20,783 nucleotides of DNA from an archaeon (GCA_024275415.1 JAJRZD010000095.1:1-20783); one strand, 5' to 3'; counted from the first letter of the stretch, positions 9,175 through 17,522 are shown. Program-made: numbers and translations. The notes: a model not told the origin generated them from the sequence alone.

Positions 9175-9211
9175 AAAGAAAAAAAGAAAGGTGCCATATT
9201 ATAGCACCTTT
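9175..9211 (-). terminator. Hairpin plus U-tract terminator after dppA
   Basis: 8-bp stem AAAGGTGC/GCACCTTT (9187-9194 / 9204-9211), followed on the minus strand by a T-rich tract (TTTTTTTCTTT), starting 14 nt after the dppA stop. Confidence 0.7.
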
Positions 9212-9225
9212 GGATTCACAAGATA

Positions 9226-10851
9226 TTATTCCCAGTACATGAGCCAATGACGCCAGTTCACAGTGATGTCTAGGACTATTCCGGCGATGTTTGCCTTGCT
9301 CACTGCGGTTGTGCGGCCTTGCCATAGAGGTACGAGAGATACCTCATCAGCCTGAAGATCCTGAAGCTCATAGTAGGCAGCCTGACGCTCGGCAGAGGTT
9401 TGAGCACTACGTCCTTCAACCCATAGGTTGTATTGTTGTACTCCGCCAGCAGGATAGGTTTCATTGTATCCTAGATTGAGCCATGACGCGAACGGCAAGA
9501 ACGCGTAGTTATCTGGATCAATGTAGTCAGGATACCAGCCATAGATGAAGACTGGCATTGTACCTGCATTCCTCTGCTGACGATATGTAGCCCATTCAAG
9601 AGGCTTCAATGTAACGGATATAACCCCACTTGCTTCAAGGTCACTCTTGTAGACAGTTGCCTGAGCTTCGCTGGATGGATAGTGTCCCGAACTCTCATAA
9701 TACAGGTCGAACTCGAGCTTGTTGTTCTCGTCATATCCAAACTGAGCAAGTGCCCATTTTGTATAGGTATAGTTCGCTTCACCGTATTTCTCAAATGATG
9801 GCTTATGATATGCCATCCCTTTCGGAACGATGCTATAGAGCGGCTCGACTGTGCCCTGAAAGACTGTTGTTGCTACATTGGTCCTGTTGAGAGCGGCAGC
9901 AATTCCTCGTCGTACGAGAGTTTCATTGAATGGATAGATTCGCTGCTGGAAGAGCATATACTGGATAGCTGCTCCGGTTCCTTCCCATACTTTGAAGTTC
10001 GCGTTCCCTCTGAAGTTGTCCACTTGAGCTGGGGTAAGATGCCTGTATGCTACATCTATCTCGCCAGCCGTCATCGCAGATGCCAATGCTGTGTCAGTAG
10101 AGTAGAACTTGATAATGATGACATCAGTTCTGGGCAATGACTTATTCCAGTAGTTCGGATTCTTCTCTAGACGCATGATTGTATCAGTACCGCCAACACG
10201 GGTCCAGTTTGTCAGAATGTACGGTCCCAAGTCATTTGGATGGCTTGCACGGACACCTGCCGACTCGCTATATTGTACATAGTCTGTGTCAGTAGCATGA
10301 TCCGGATGTACGATGTATGATGCAGCACACGCCATCAGCTGAAGGAACGGTGCAAAAGCTATTTTCAGATTGAATCTAACAACGTATTCAGAAACAACCA
10401 CGACCTCATCAATGATATCAGCGTAACCCATATTGAGCTGTGGCCCATCCTCCAATGCCATCCCGATATTCCGGTCAAAGGACCATTTCACAGCAGTTGC
10501 ATTGAACGGTTGTCCATCATAGAATGTGATATTCTGACGTAGGGTAAAGTCCCATTGCGTTCTAGAAGCATCAACCGTCCAAGATTCCGCGAGATTTCCT
10601 CGGATATCATCAGCACTGGCAGCGGTTCCAGGTATGATTTCTACCAAACCCGCTCCGAGGGATGTGATGATTTCCCAGCCAAAATAGTCATATGATTGTG
10701 CAGGGTCAATGCTGGCCTCGACTGTGTCCGTAGTCCCGAAAATGATAACGCCTCGTTCAGGCCCGGAAGGCGGAAACAGTATGAGGCTTGTTGCAAGGCC
10801 TCCAACAATAACTAGTATGACTACTATCGCTATGATTTGATTTCTCTCCAA
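9226..10851 (-). CDS. dppA: Family-5 (peptide/nickel) ABC substrate-binding protein, N-terminally membrane-anchored
   Basis: 541 aa with LAESW, FTLRQNITFYDGQPFNATAVKWSF, LGPYIL, LEKNPNYW, LVRRGIAAALNR, GWYPDYIDPD. TTG start after GGAGG. N-terminal TM helix with no lipobox Cys. Confidence 0.93.
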   Translation of the reverse strand: MERNQIIAIVVILVIVGGLATSLILFPPSGPERGVIIFGTTDTVEASIDPAQSYDYFGWEIITSLGAGLVEIIPGTAASADDIRGNLAESWTVDASRTQWDFTLRQNITFYDGQPFNATAVKWSFDRNIGMALEDGPQLNMGYADIIDEVVVVSEYVVRFNLKIAFAPFLQLMACAASYIVHPDHATDTDYVQYSESAGVRASHPNDLGPYILTNWTRVGGTDTIMRLEKNPNYWNKSLPRTDVIIIKFYSTDTALASAMTAGEIDVAYRHLTPAQVDNFRGNANFKVWEGTGAAIQYMLFQQRIYPFNETLVRRGIAAALNRTNVATTVFQGTVEPLYSIVPKGMAYHKPSFEKYGEANYTYTKWALAQFGYDENNKLEFDLYYESSGHYPSSEAQATVYKSDLEASGVISVTLKPLEWATYRQQRNAGTMPVFIYGWYPDYIDPDNYAFLPFASWLNLGYNETYPAGGVQQYNLWVEGRSAQTSAERQAAYYELQDLQADEVSLVPLWQGRTTAVSKANIAGIVLDITVNWRHWLMYWE

Positions 10852-10915
10852 TGATAGTGCCTCCTAGGTTTAATTCGCGAATTGATACGAATTAGTACCT
10901 ATTAGACACACCGTG

Positions 10916-10931
10916 ACATATAAGCTCTATT
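10916..10931 (-). promoter_or_regulatory. dppA promoter (TATA box)
   Basis: Minus strand reads AATAGAGC-TTATAT-GT, with TTATAT at 10918-10923, predicting a start site near 10893-10895. Confidence 0.5.
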
Positions 10932-11195
10932 ACTTCAGTGATTAGAAGACTACAATTATACTTGGCAACAACAATCCCGCACAATATTGACAACACTCAG
11001 CGGTTCTCAGACCGCCTCAGTCCGACAGTATTAGGAATGAGAACGTCAAAAGGCCCTGTAGCTGGCGTATAGCCCAGAAAAAGCTTGACGTCGGTTGTTT
11101 CCATTCGTGTAGATATCACCGATTCACCTAAAAAAGGGATGATTCATTCATTTGGTATAATACTGGAAGACACAAACCTAGGACAGGCGTAGTGA

Positions 11196-11822
11196 ATGCA
11201 AAGTCAAATAGTATTTGCGTTGATCAGAATAGACCTCATTATCGAGGTAGTGGCAGGCATCATCGCATTAATGGTGTCACATTATGCGAATGTTGCATTT
11301 GGTTTGACACGTCAAAAGAAGCTCTCTGACCTTTCAACTGGATTCCTAGTCCTATCGGCAGGGATGTTCGGGAGGGTAATTGGCACACTCTACTTCCTTA
11401 CGGATCCAGCAAACGCGGACAGAGTGCTAGGCATCGTCATCGTTGCGTACGGGGTGATGAAGATAATGGCCTACGCTATTTTCATCACTGCAACCCACCG
11501 AGGGCAGCGTAAGTACCATTCTAACTATGCAATGGCTGCTCTGGCATTGCCCTTTCTGACATCCCCAGAACTAGATGTCATAGCTATCCTCCTCCTGATA
11601 GTTGTGGTCTTACAGACATTGATGAACTATGCCTCTGTGAGATCCTCGTTCGCCCTTTATGTCTTCGTGGGTTTCACATTGCTCCTTGTAAGCCATATCT
11701 TGGGCATGATTAATGTAATCGACCTGCAGACATATTTCATCTACCTTGGAAGCCAACTCGCTCAGTTCCTAGGTTTGTTCTCGTTCCTTGTCATGCTGAG
11801 GCAGGCACAAAAGGATGAGTAG
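11196..11822 (+). CDS. Polytopic membrane protein made of two 3-TM repeats (possibly DUF7521-like), putative sensor
   Basis: 208 aa with about six hydrophobic helices and an ungapped internal repeat (see findings). Overlaps the next gene by 8 nt. The family name is from memory and was not searched. Confidence 0.8.
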   Translation: MQSQIVFALIRIDLIIEVVAGIIALMVSHYANVAFGLTRQKKLSDLSTGFLVLSAGMFGRVIGTLYFLTDPANADRVLGIVIVAYGVMKIMAYAIFITATHRGQRKYHSNYAMAALALPFLTSPELDVIAILLLIVVVLQTLMNYASVRSSFALYVFVGFTLLLVSHILGMINVIDLQTYFIYLGSQLAQFLGLFSFLVMLRQAQKDE

Positions 11823-12105
11823 AAAACGAGCCTATCGGTCAAAGGTGCGTATCCTTGCAGACATGCTGAGGACTATCCAGGCCGAGGGAGAAGACGGAGC
11901 AGGACCTACAAAAATCCTGTACGCGGCCAATCTTTCACACGACAGGCTCACTCAGTATATCGAGGAATTGATCGAGAAGGAACTCATTAAGGAACTGATA
12001 GATGGCGATAATCGCTCATACTTCCTCACGCAAAAAGGAAGGGAGTTCCTAATAGAGTACCGGAAGATAGAGAGGTTATCGCAGGCCTTCGGAATAGACG
12101 TCTGA
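11815..12105 (+). CDS. Winged-helix transcriptional regulator (COG3432 / HTH_45-like)
   Basis: 96 aa with RS..RILADML, GPTKILYAANLS, L..KELI and wing YFLTQKGREFL, the pattern of archaeal wHTH regulators. Confidence 0.88.
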   Translation: MSRKRAYRSKVRILADMLRTIQAEGEDGAGPTKILYAANLSHDRLTQYIEELIEKELIKELIDGDNRSYFLTQKGREFLIEYRKIERLSQAFGIDV

Positions 12106-12112
12106 CCATTAG

Positions 12113-12126
12113 GCAAGGTTTTAAGA
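12113..12126 (+). promoter_or_regulatory. tRNA promoter (BRE + TATA)
   Basis: GCAAGG-TTTTAAGA, with the TATA at 12119-12126, about 26 nt before the tRNA 5' end. Confidence 0.6.
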
Positions 12127-12151
12127 TATTCAAAGATGTTTCGAAAAACAT

Positions 12152-12228
12152 GGGCCGGTAGATCAGCCCGGTAGATCGTCTGATTCGCATTCAGAAGGGC
12201 GGGGGTTCGAATCCCCCCCGGTCCACCA
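12152..12228 (+). tRNA. tRNA-Ala: tRNA-Ala(CGC), intron-less, CCA encoded
   Basis: Acceptor stem GGGCCGG/CCGGTCC with the G3:U70 alanine identity pair and A73-CCA; D-stem GATC/GATC; anticodon arm TCTGA-TTCGCAT-TCAGA; T-arm GGGGG-TTCGAAT-CCCCC. Confidence 0.97.
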
Positions 12229-12285
12229 TCGCACGGCAGGTCGTGATTCATTCTGTCAGTCTATAATCTAAAAAGCGGACTTCGA

Positions 12286-12768
12286 GTGGAAATCCAGCCA
12301 TACGAAGAACGGCATGCAAGCTCTATTGTAGAAGGACTCTTTACAGGTGTGGATGTGGAGGTGTTCATCAAACAGCGGAGAGAGTTGCTATCCCCTGGGA
12401 GAGATGAGGTATTCAGTGTGAGCTGCGTAGCGGAGAGCAAGGTCATTGGGGTCTGTACCGGTGTGAGAAAGAGGTGGTATGGCGAGCGCCATAGGATTGA
12501 GATGGTCCAAGTCGTCGTGCATGAGTCATTCCAGCGGATGGGCATTGCACGACTTATGATGCAAGTAGTTGCCAAACATTTCGCCGTTCGAGGAGTTGAG
12601 ATGGTACAGATTAGCGTCGAAGGTAACAATAGCCGAGCAATCAAAGCATACGAGCGAATCGGCTTTGCGCGGTTCGGTATGCTCAAACATGGACTCAAGT
12701 ATGCAGGCGACAAATACTCGGACGAGATAATGATGGCAATGGGATGTGGTGATCTCATCTGCCAGTGA
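12286..12768 (+). CDS. GNAT-family N-acetyltransferase
   Basis: 160 aa, GTG start. Motif A VVVHESFQRMGIA, motif B VEGNNSRAIKAYERIGF. Confidence 0.88.
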   Translation: MEIQPYEERHASSIVEGLFTGVDVEVFIKQRRELLSPGRDEVFSVSCVAESKVIGVCTGVRKRWYGERHRIEMVQVVVHESFQRMGIARLMMQVVAKHFAVRGVEMVQISVEGNNSRAIKAYERIGFARFGMLKHGLKYAGDKYSDEIMMAMGCGDLICQ

Positions 12769-12820
12769 AGATGCAGTTCATATGCGAACCTCTATTAACT
12801 ATTGTTTCCCTATTCAGGGC

Positions 12821-13216
12821 ATGCCAGAGATTTTGCGTAAAGAACTAGACATGAATTTTGAGGATGCAGTCAAACACGTCGAGGCACTTGTCGAAGAAGG
12901 TGGATTCACTATCCTGTTGACTAAGGGTATGCATGATATGTTCAAGAAGAAGCTTGGAATCGAGGACTACCCGAAGAAGACATTCATTCTTGCCTGTTCA
13001 GCTGACCTAGCCAAGAAAGCTGTTGACGTATCAAATGACATGGCCCTTGTCATGCCATGCAGCTTTGTGGTTTCAGAGAAAGAGGGAAAAGCAGTAGTGA
13101 TACATTCCTCAATAATGAAGATGGGCGTCGAACTTGGGTTTGCCCCAGAGGATGAGATGCAGTCCGTAATCGAGGAAACCGGGAAGCGAGTGCATGCAGT
13201 CTGGGAAAAGATATAG
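12821..13216 (+). CDS. DUF302-family protein
   Basis: FILACSADLA...LVMPCSFVVSE carries the two-Cys pattern of DUF302. ATG 12821 preferred (TATTAA at 12793-12798, probably leaderless); the ORF track starts at 12746. Confidence 0.8.
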   Translation: MPEILRKELDMNFEDAVKHVEALVEEGGFTILLTKGMHDMFKKKLGIEDYPKKTFILACSADLAKKAVDVSNDMALVMPCSFVVSEKEGKAVVIHSSIMKMGVELGFAPEDEMQSVIEETGKRVHAVWEKI

Positions 13217-13258
13217 ACTATCCTAAATCCTTAGATGCGGCGGTGCGTACCAGCCATT

Positions 13259-14041
13259 ATGTTCGAATCCGTGCGAAACCAATGGGAGGCTAATGCCAAA
13301 CACTACGCAGGCCTCGTGTCGGATCACGGAACTCCACATCATCAGAAGATTCTAAATCCCTGCGTGGAAGAACTGCTTGGAGATGTTGCGGGAAAAAAGA
13401 TGCTCGATGCTGGATGTGGAGAGGGATACTTGACACGATACTATGCAGGAAAACAGGCTCTGATGACGGGGATAGACCTATCTGAGAAACTGATAAGGAT
13501 TGCAAAAGAAAAGAGTACTGAAAGCCAGCCCATAGACTATCGGATTGCGAACATCTGCAATATGGAGTCAATCGATACTGAATCCTTCGACATTGTTCTT
13601 TGTAACCTAGTCATTCTTAATGTGCCGTGCCTCAGTGAAGCCTTATCGGAATTCAATCGAGTGTTGGTGCCTGAAGGTGTTTTAGTCTTCTCAATTGTCC
13701 ATCCAGCATTCAACATCTATGGTCCTGGAGAGTGGGAACTGGGAGAGAAGGATCTCAGAACGAATAGACGAAAGGGTTTCTACTTCAAGGTCGACCATTA
13801 TACTGATGAGAAGCCATACGAGCGTTACTGGCGGACGCGCAAAGGTGAGCGTTTCCCCGAACCGATAACGTTCTACCATAGGACAATCTCAACGTATATC
13901 GATAGTTTAATCGCCACAGGATTTCGAATTGATGCATTAAAAGAGCCTATTCCAAAAGAAGACGACAGGTTCTTTGACCGAGAGAAACGCATTCCGTTCT
14001 TCATGGTCATCAAGGCAATCAAGAGTGCTGCTGTTCCATAA
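13259..14041 (+). CDS. Class I SAM-dependent methyltransferase
   Basis: Motif I MLDAGCGEGY, GIDLSE, FDIVLCNLVI, RVLVPEG. Start is 13259 or 13235. Confidence 0.9.
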   Translation: MFESVRNQWEANAKHYAGLVSDHGTPHHQKILNPCVEELLGDVAGKKMLDAGCGEGYLTRYYAGKQALMTGIDLSEKLIRIAKEKSTESQPIDYRIANICNMESIDTESFDIVLCNLVILNVPCLSEALSEFNRVLVPEGVLVFSIVHPAFNIYGPGEWELGEKDLRTNRRKGFYFKVDHYTDEKPYERYWRTRKGERFPEPITFYHRTISTYIDSLIATGFRIDALKEPIPKEDDRFFDREKRIPFFMVIKAIKSAAVP

Positions 14042-14083
14042 ATCATATGTGGATAATAACGAATCATGCAGGGAGTGACAAGC

Positions 14084-14521
14084 ATGACAGAAAGACTGGA
14101 TGAACATCATATCAAGGTGCATTGGACTGGAGGAAAATCAGGGAGAGTCGTGGTCGAAGGGAGAGAAGAAATCAAAACAGGCATTCCATCAGGATCCGAT
14201 GGCTCGGTTCAACACTATACGCCGGAGGAACTCTTCGTGGCAGCTGGTACGGTGTGCTTCATGAACTCGTTCGTATACTTTACAAAAAAGATGCATATAG
14301 AGTTCAAGTCCTTCGAAGCGGAGTCTGTAGGGTTTCTCGAACAAGTCGACAGGAGTTTCGAAGTAACAAGAATCCATACCAAAACAAGACTGGTCATTGC
14401 GGCAGGTGGGCAAACCAAGAAGTTTGAGCGTGCATTGGAACTCGGTGCGAAGTATTGTTTCATTGCGAACAGCATGAAATGTCCCACGACTCACGAGCAC
14501 GAGATCATTGTCGAGGACTAA
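14084..14521 (+). CDS. OsmC/Ohr-family protein, paralogue 1
   Basis: PEELFVAAGTVCFMNSF and ALELGAKYCFIANS give the two family Cys. Ribosome-binding site GGGAGTGA precedes ATG 14084; the ORF track starts at 14066. Confidence 0.88.
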   Translation: MTERLDEHHIKVHWTGGKSGRVVVEGREEIKTGIPSGSDGSVQHYTPEELFVAAGTVCFMNSFVYFTKKMHIEFKSFEAESVGFLEQVDRSFEVTRIHTKTRLVIAAGGQTKKFERALELGAKYCFIANSMKCPTTHEHEIIVED

Positions 14522-14575
14522 CCATAGTTTTTTCATTAATCCAAAGGCTTTTCGAGCAGCTGGGGGACATTAGAG

Positions 14576-15031
14576 ATGGTGTCAAAGATGAATGCGGACG
14601 ATGTATCACACGAGTACACTGTGCAAGTAGACTGGACAAGTGGACGACAAGGCAATATGCTTGTTGAAGGGAAACCAACCATCGAGGTCGCAGCGCCTCC
14701 CGAGTTTGATGGCCCTGAAGGCATCATCACTCCAGAGGATCTGTTCGTCGCTGCTGTTGCTTCGTGCTTCATGACGACCTTCGTGACATTCTCTAAGAAG
14801 CTCCGGTTCGAGTACAAGTCGTTCTCATGTACTGCCAAAGGCACTTTGGAAAGAGTCGAGAAAGGATTTCAATTCACCAAGATGCTTGTAGATGCGACTG
14901 TCACGGTCCAGTCTGAGGATCTCAGGCATAAGGCAGAGAGAGCGTTAGAACTCGCTGGGAAATACTGCCTTGTTTCTAACAGCCTGAAGTGTGAAACCAA
15001 GCATGAAAATCATGTGCTGGTCGTTCCATAG
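14576..15031 (+). CDS. OsmC/Ohr-family protein, paralogue 2
   Basis: AAPPEFDG, PEDLFVAAVASCFMTTF, ALELAGKYCLVSNS. Alternative start at 14588. Confidence 0.9.
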   Translation: MVSKMNADDVSHEYTVQVDWTSGRQGNMLVEGKPTIEVAAPPEFDGPEGIITPEDLFVAAVASCFMTTFVTFSKKLRFEYKSFSCTAKGTLERVEKGFQFTKMLVDATVTVQSEDLRHKAERALELAGKYCLVSNSLKCETKHENHVLVVP

Positions 15032-15050
15032 AGGGCGCAAGGAGGGACAA

Positions 15051-17522
15051 TTACTTCTTGGACATCTCGGGTGCTCTGACGTGGATAACTTCTTCCGAGT
15101 CGGGAAGAGCGACTTCGACGAATCTCTTGCCCTTTGGAATGCCAAAGTGGAGCTTCTCGATACCATGCATTGCTTGCAAGTCCTTGCCCCATGGTTTGAG
15201 GTCCTTGGAGATATAGGCTTCTGGCAGCCCTACTCGCAGCGATAGGCCATTGTCCTTTTTGAACTTCCAGAAGGCACTGTTTGTCCGTAGCAGAAGATCG
15301 GTGTGCTCAATCAGACTGGATTTCCATCCCTTCTTCGGCTTGGGATACTGCTCAGTGTGGATGCCATCAGGGCTGTACAGTTCCCTGTATATACGGTCTG
15401 TGATGAAGGGGGTTATGGGGGCCATAATCAGCAATAGGTGACGCAATGTGGTGTGGAGTACGTTCCATGCAGACTGTTGTTCAACCTCTGTGAATTTGCC
15501 CTCCGAGTTGAATGCCCGTCCTTTTAGCATCTCAAGGATGTGGTCGGCAAGCAGATTCCACGTAAAGCTTCGTATCTCCATAGCGGGCTTGTGGAAATCG
15601 AGCCTGTTACACTCTGGAACAATGGTTTCAAGGAGCCTGTTCAGTTCGGCAAGAACCCATTTGTCGACCCGGGTCAAATCCGCATATTTCAAATCCTTGG
15701 GGAATGGGAACATGGAAATGAAACGGGCTATGTTCCAAATTTTGGTCATGAACTTTGAAACCCCTGCTAGGCGATCTTCAGAGAAACGGACATCGCTCCC
15801 ATGCCCGGATTCAAGAGTGCCGAAGAATCTTAGAGCGTCTGCGCCATACTTGTCGATGATTGGCCCAGGTGGTGGAGAGTTGCCAAGCGATTTGCTCATC
15901 TTCTGCCCTTTCTCGTCCATCACAAGGCCAGAAACCCATATCTCCTTGAATGCAGGCTTGTTCGTCAGCTGGAATGTACGGAGCAATGAATAGTAAAGCC
16001 AGGTCCGTACTATCTCCTTACCTTGAGGTCTCATGACTGACCCAAATGCTTTCTTGAATAGTCCCTCATCACGGAGATAGCCGATTATTTGGAGCCCGCT
16101 AATCGACGAGTCCATCCATGTATCGAAAGTCCTGGCCTCTCCAGTGAAACCGTCATTGGCACCACATTCTGGGCACTCCGTGAAAGGAGGATCCTCTTTC
16201 CAAGGTTGATAGTATTGAATTTCGTTCCCGTCAGGCACGATTGGCTTCTCGCACGCATTGCAATACCAGATGGGTATCTCAGTGCCATAGTACCTGCGCC
16301 TGCTGATTGGCCAGTCAACAGTGATGCGATTGATCCAATCAATCAATATCTGCCTATGATAATCGGGATAAAAGGGGGTTTCTTTTGCAATCTTCAACAG
16401 CTCGTCAAGATAGTCAATCTGCTTGAGATAGTATTCTTCCATCGCAAGAAACTCGATTGGTGTCTTGCTCCTCCAGCACAGGGGAACCCGTTGTAGAGAA
16501 TCCTGTTGGTCATAAAGGAGTCCCTTCTCCTTGAGGTCGTGAATGATTGCCTTTTTAGCGTCACTTATTCGCATCCCGGCATATTTCCCTGCGGACTCGG
16601 TCATTTTGCCATCGGGGGATATGGCCTGAACTGGTCTTAGGGCAAAATCGCGGAACGCCATGACATCTGCCATGTCACCATAGCTGCACACCATGAGCGC
16701 GCCAGTTCCAAATTCCATCTGTGCAGTATTGCTCTCGATGATCGGTACCTCGAAATTGAACAATGGTACCTTTGCCTTCTTGCCACCGTACCCCTTGTAT
16801 CGTTCATCATCTGGATGGATGAAGACAGCCCCACATGCACAGAGAAGCTCAGGACGAGTGGTGGCTATCTTGAGAGGTTCCATCCCTTCGACCTCGAAGT
16901 ACAGATAGTTCAAGGTGGTCGTTCTTTCAGAATACTCCACCTCAGCGTCTGCGATGGTTGTGCCACATTCAAAGCACCAGTTGTTTGGGCGATAGTCACT
17001 ATAGATGAGACCCTTGTTCCAAAGCTCGATGAACGTAGCCTGTGTCACTGCACGGTATTCAGGGCTGTCAGTCTGATAGCGGCCGTCACGTTCGTATGTG
17101 TTGAACCCAATCCCAAGACGCTGGAACCAGCCAGCCATCTCTTCTTCGTAACCATCAAGTGTTTCCTTGCACTTTGCGACAAACACATCTCGCGGAGTGG
17201 TATGCATGTCCATCCCGAATTCCTTCTCCACTCGAAGCTCTACGGGAAGCCCATTCCTGTCGATACCAAGGGGAAAATTCACTTCCAGTCCTTGCATCCG
17301 CCTGTATCGAGCAATCATGTCAATCTGAGTGTAATGGATCAACTGTCCCAGATGGGCATATCCCGATAGATAAGGGGGCGGAGTGTCCACAGAATAGAGT
17401 TCCTTTCCAGAGTCGGGATCGAACTCGTAAACCCAGTTCTGTTTCCATTCTTCGAGCAGCTCTTCCTCAGCTGGTGGTTTCCACCTCTTGGATTTGATTG
17501 ATGGTTCGAATTTGCTTGTCAA
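15051..17522 (-). CDS. valS: Valyl-tRNA synthetase, archaeal type
   Basis: DTPPPY, HIGH-like HLGQ, CP1 editing motifs ATTRPEL and GTGALMVCSYGD, W.ISRRRYYG, DTWMDSS, QGKEIVRTWL, KMSKS, Zn knuckles. TTG start after AAGGAG. Confidence 0.95.
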   Translation of the reverse strand: MTSKFEPSIKSKRWKPPAEEELLEEWKQNWVYEFDPDSGKELYSVDTPPPYLSGYAHLGQLIHYTQIDMIARYRRMQGLEVNFPLGIDRNGLPVELRVEKEFGMDMHTTPRDVFVAKCKETLDGYEEEMAGWFQRLGIGFNTYERDGRYQTDSPEYRAVTQATFIELWNKGLIYSDYRPNNWCFECGTTIADAEVEYSERTTTLNYLYFEVEGMEPLKIATTRPELLCACGAVFIHPDDERYKGYGGKKAKVPLFNFEVPIIESNTAQMEFGTGALMVCSYGDMADVMAFRDFALRPVQAISPDGKMTESAGKYAGMRISDAKKAIIHDLKEKGLLYDQQDSLQRVPLCWRSKTPIEFLAMEEYYLKQIDYLDELLKIAKETPFYPDYHRQILIDWINRITVDWPISRRRYYGTEIPIWYCNACEKPIVPDGNEIQYYQPWKEDPPFTECPECGANDGFTGEARTFDTWMDSSISGLQIIGYLRDEGLFKKAFGSVMRPQGKEIVRTWLYYSLLRTFQLTNKPAFKEIWVSGLVMDEKGQKMSKSLGNSPPPGPIIDKYGADALRFFGTLESGHGSDVRFSEDRLAGVSKFMTKIWNIARFISMFPFPKDLKYADLTRVDKWVLAELNRLLETIVPECNRLDFHKPAMEIRSFTWNLLADHILEMLKGRAFNSEGKFTEVEQQSAWNVLHTTLRHLLLIMAPITPFITDRIYRELYSPDGIHTEQYPKPKKGWKSSLIEHTDLLLRTNSAFWKFKKDNGLSLRVGLPEAYISKDLKPWGKDLQAMHGIEKLHFGIPKGKRFVEVALPDSEEVIHVRAPEMSKK

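Noticed and set aside
12740-12798. Selenocysteine read-through at the GNAT TGA (would give ...ICQ-U-RCSSYANLY)
   Set aside because: The GNAT fold is already complete, the extension is only 9 codons, GNATs are not a known selenoprotein family, and no SECIS-like element was recognised.
8050-15031. Genome-wide reassignment of TAG
   Set aside because: dppB (8050-8052), the membrane protein (11820-11822), DUF302 (13214-13216) and OsmC-2 (15029-15031) end at TAG at their expected C-termini, with no meaningful in-frame extension.
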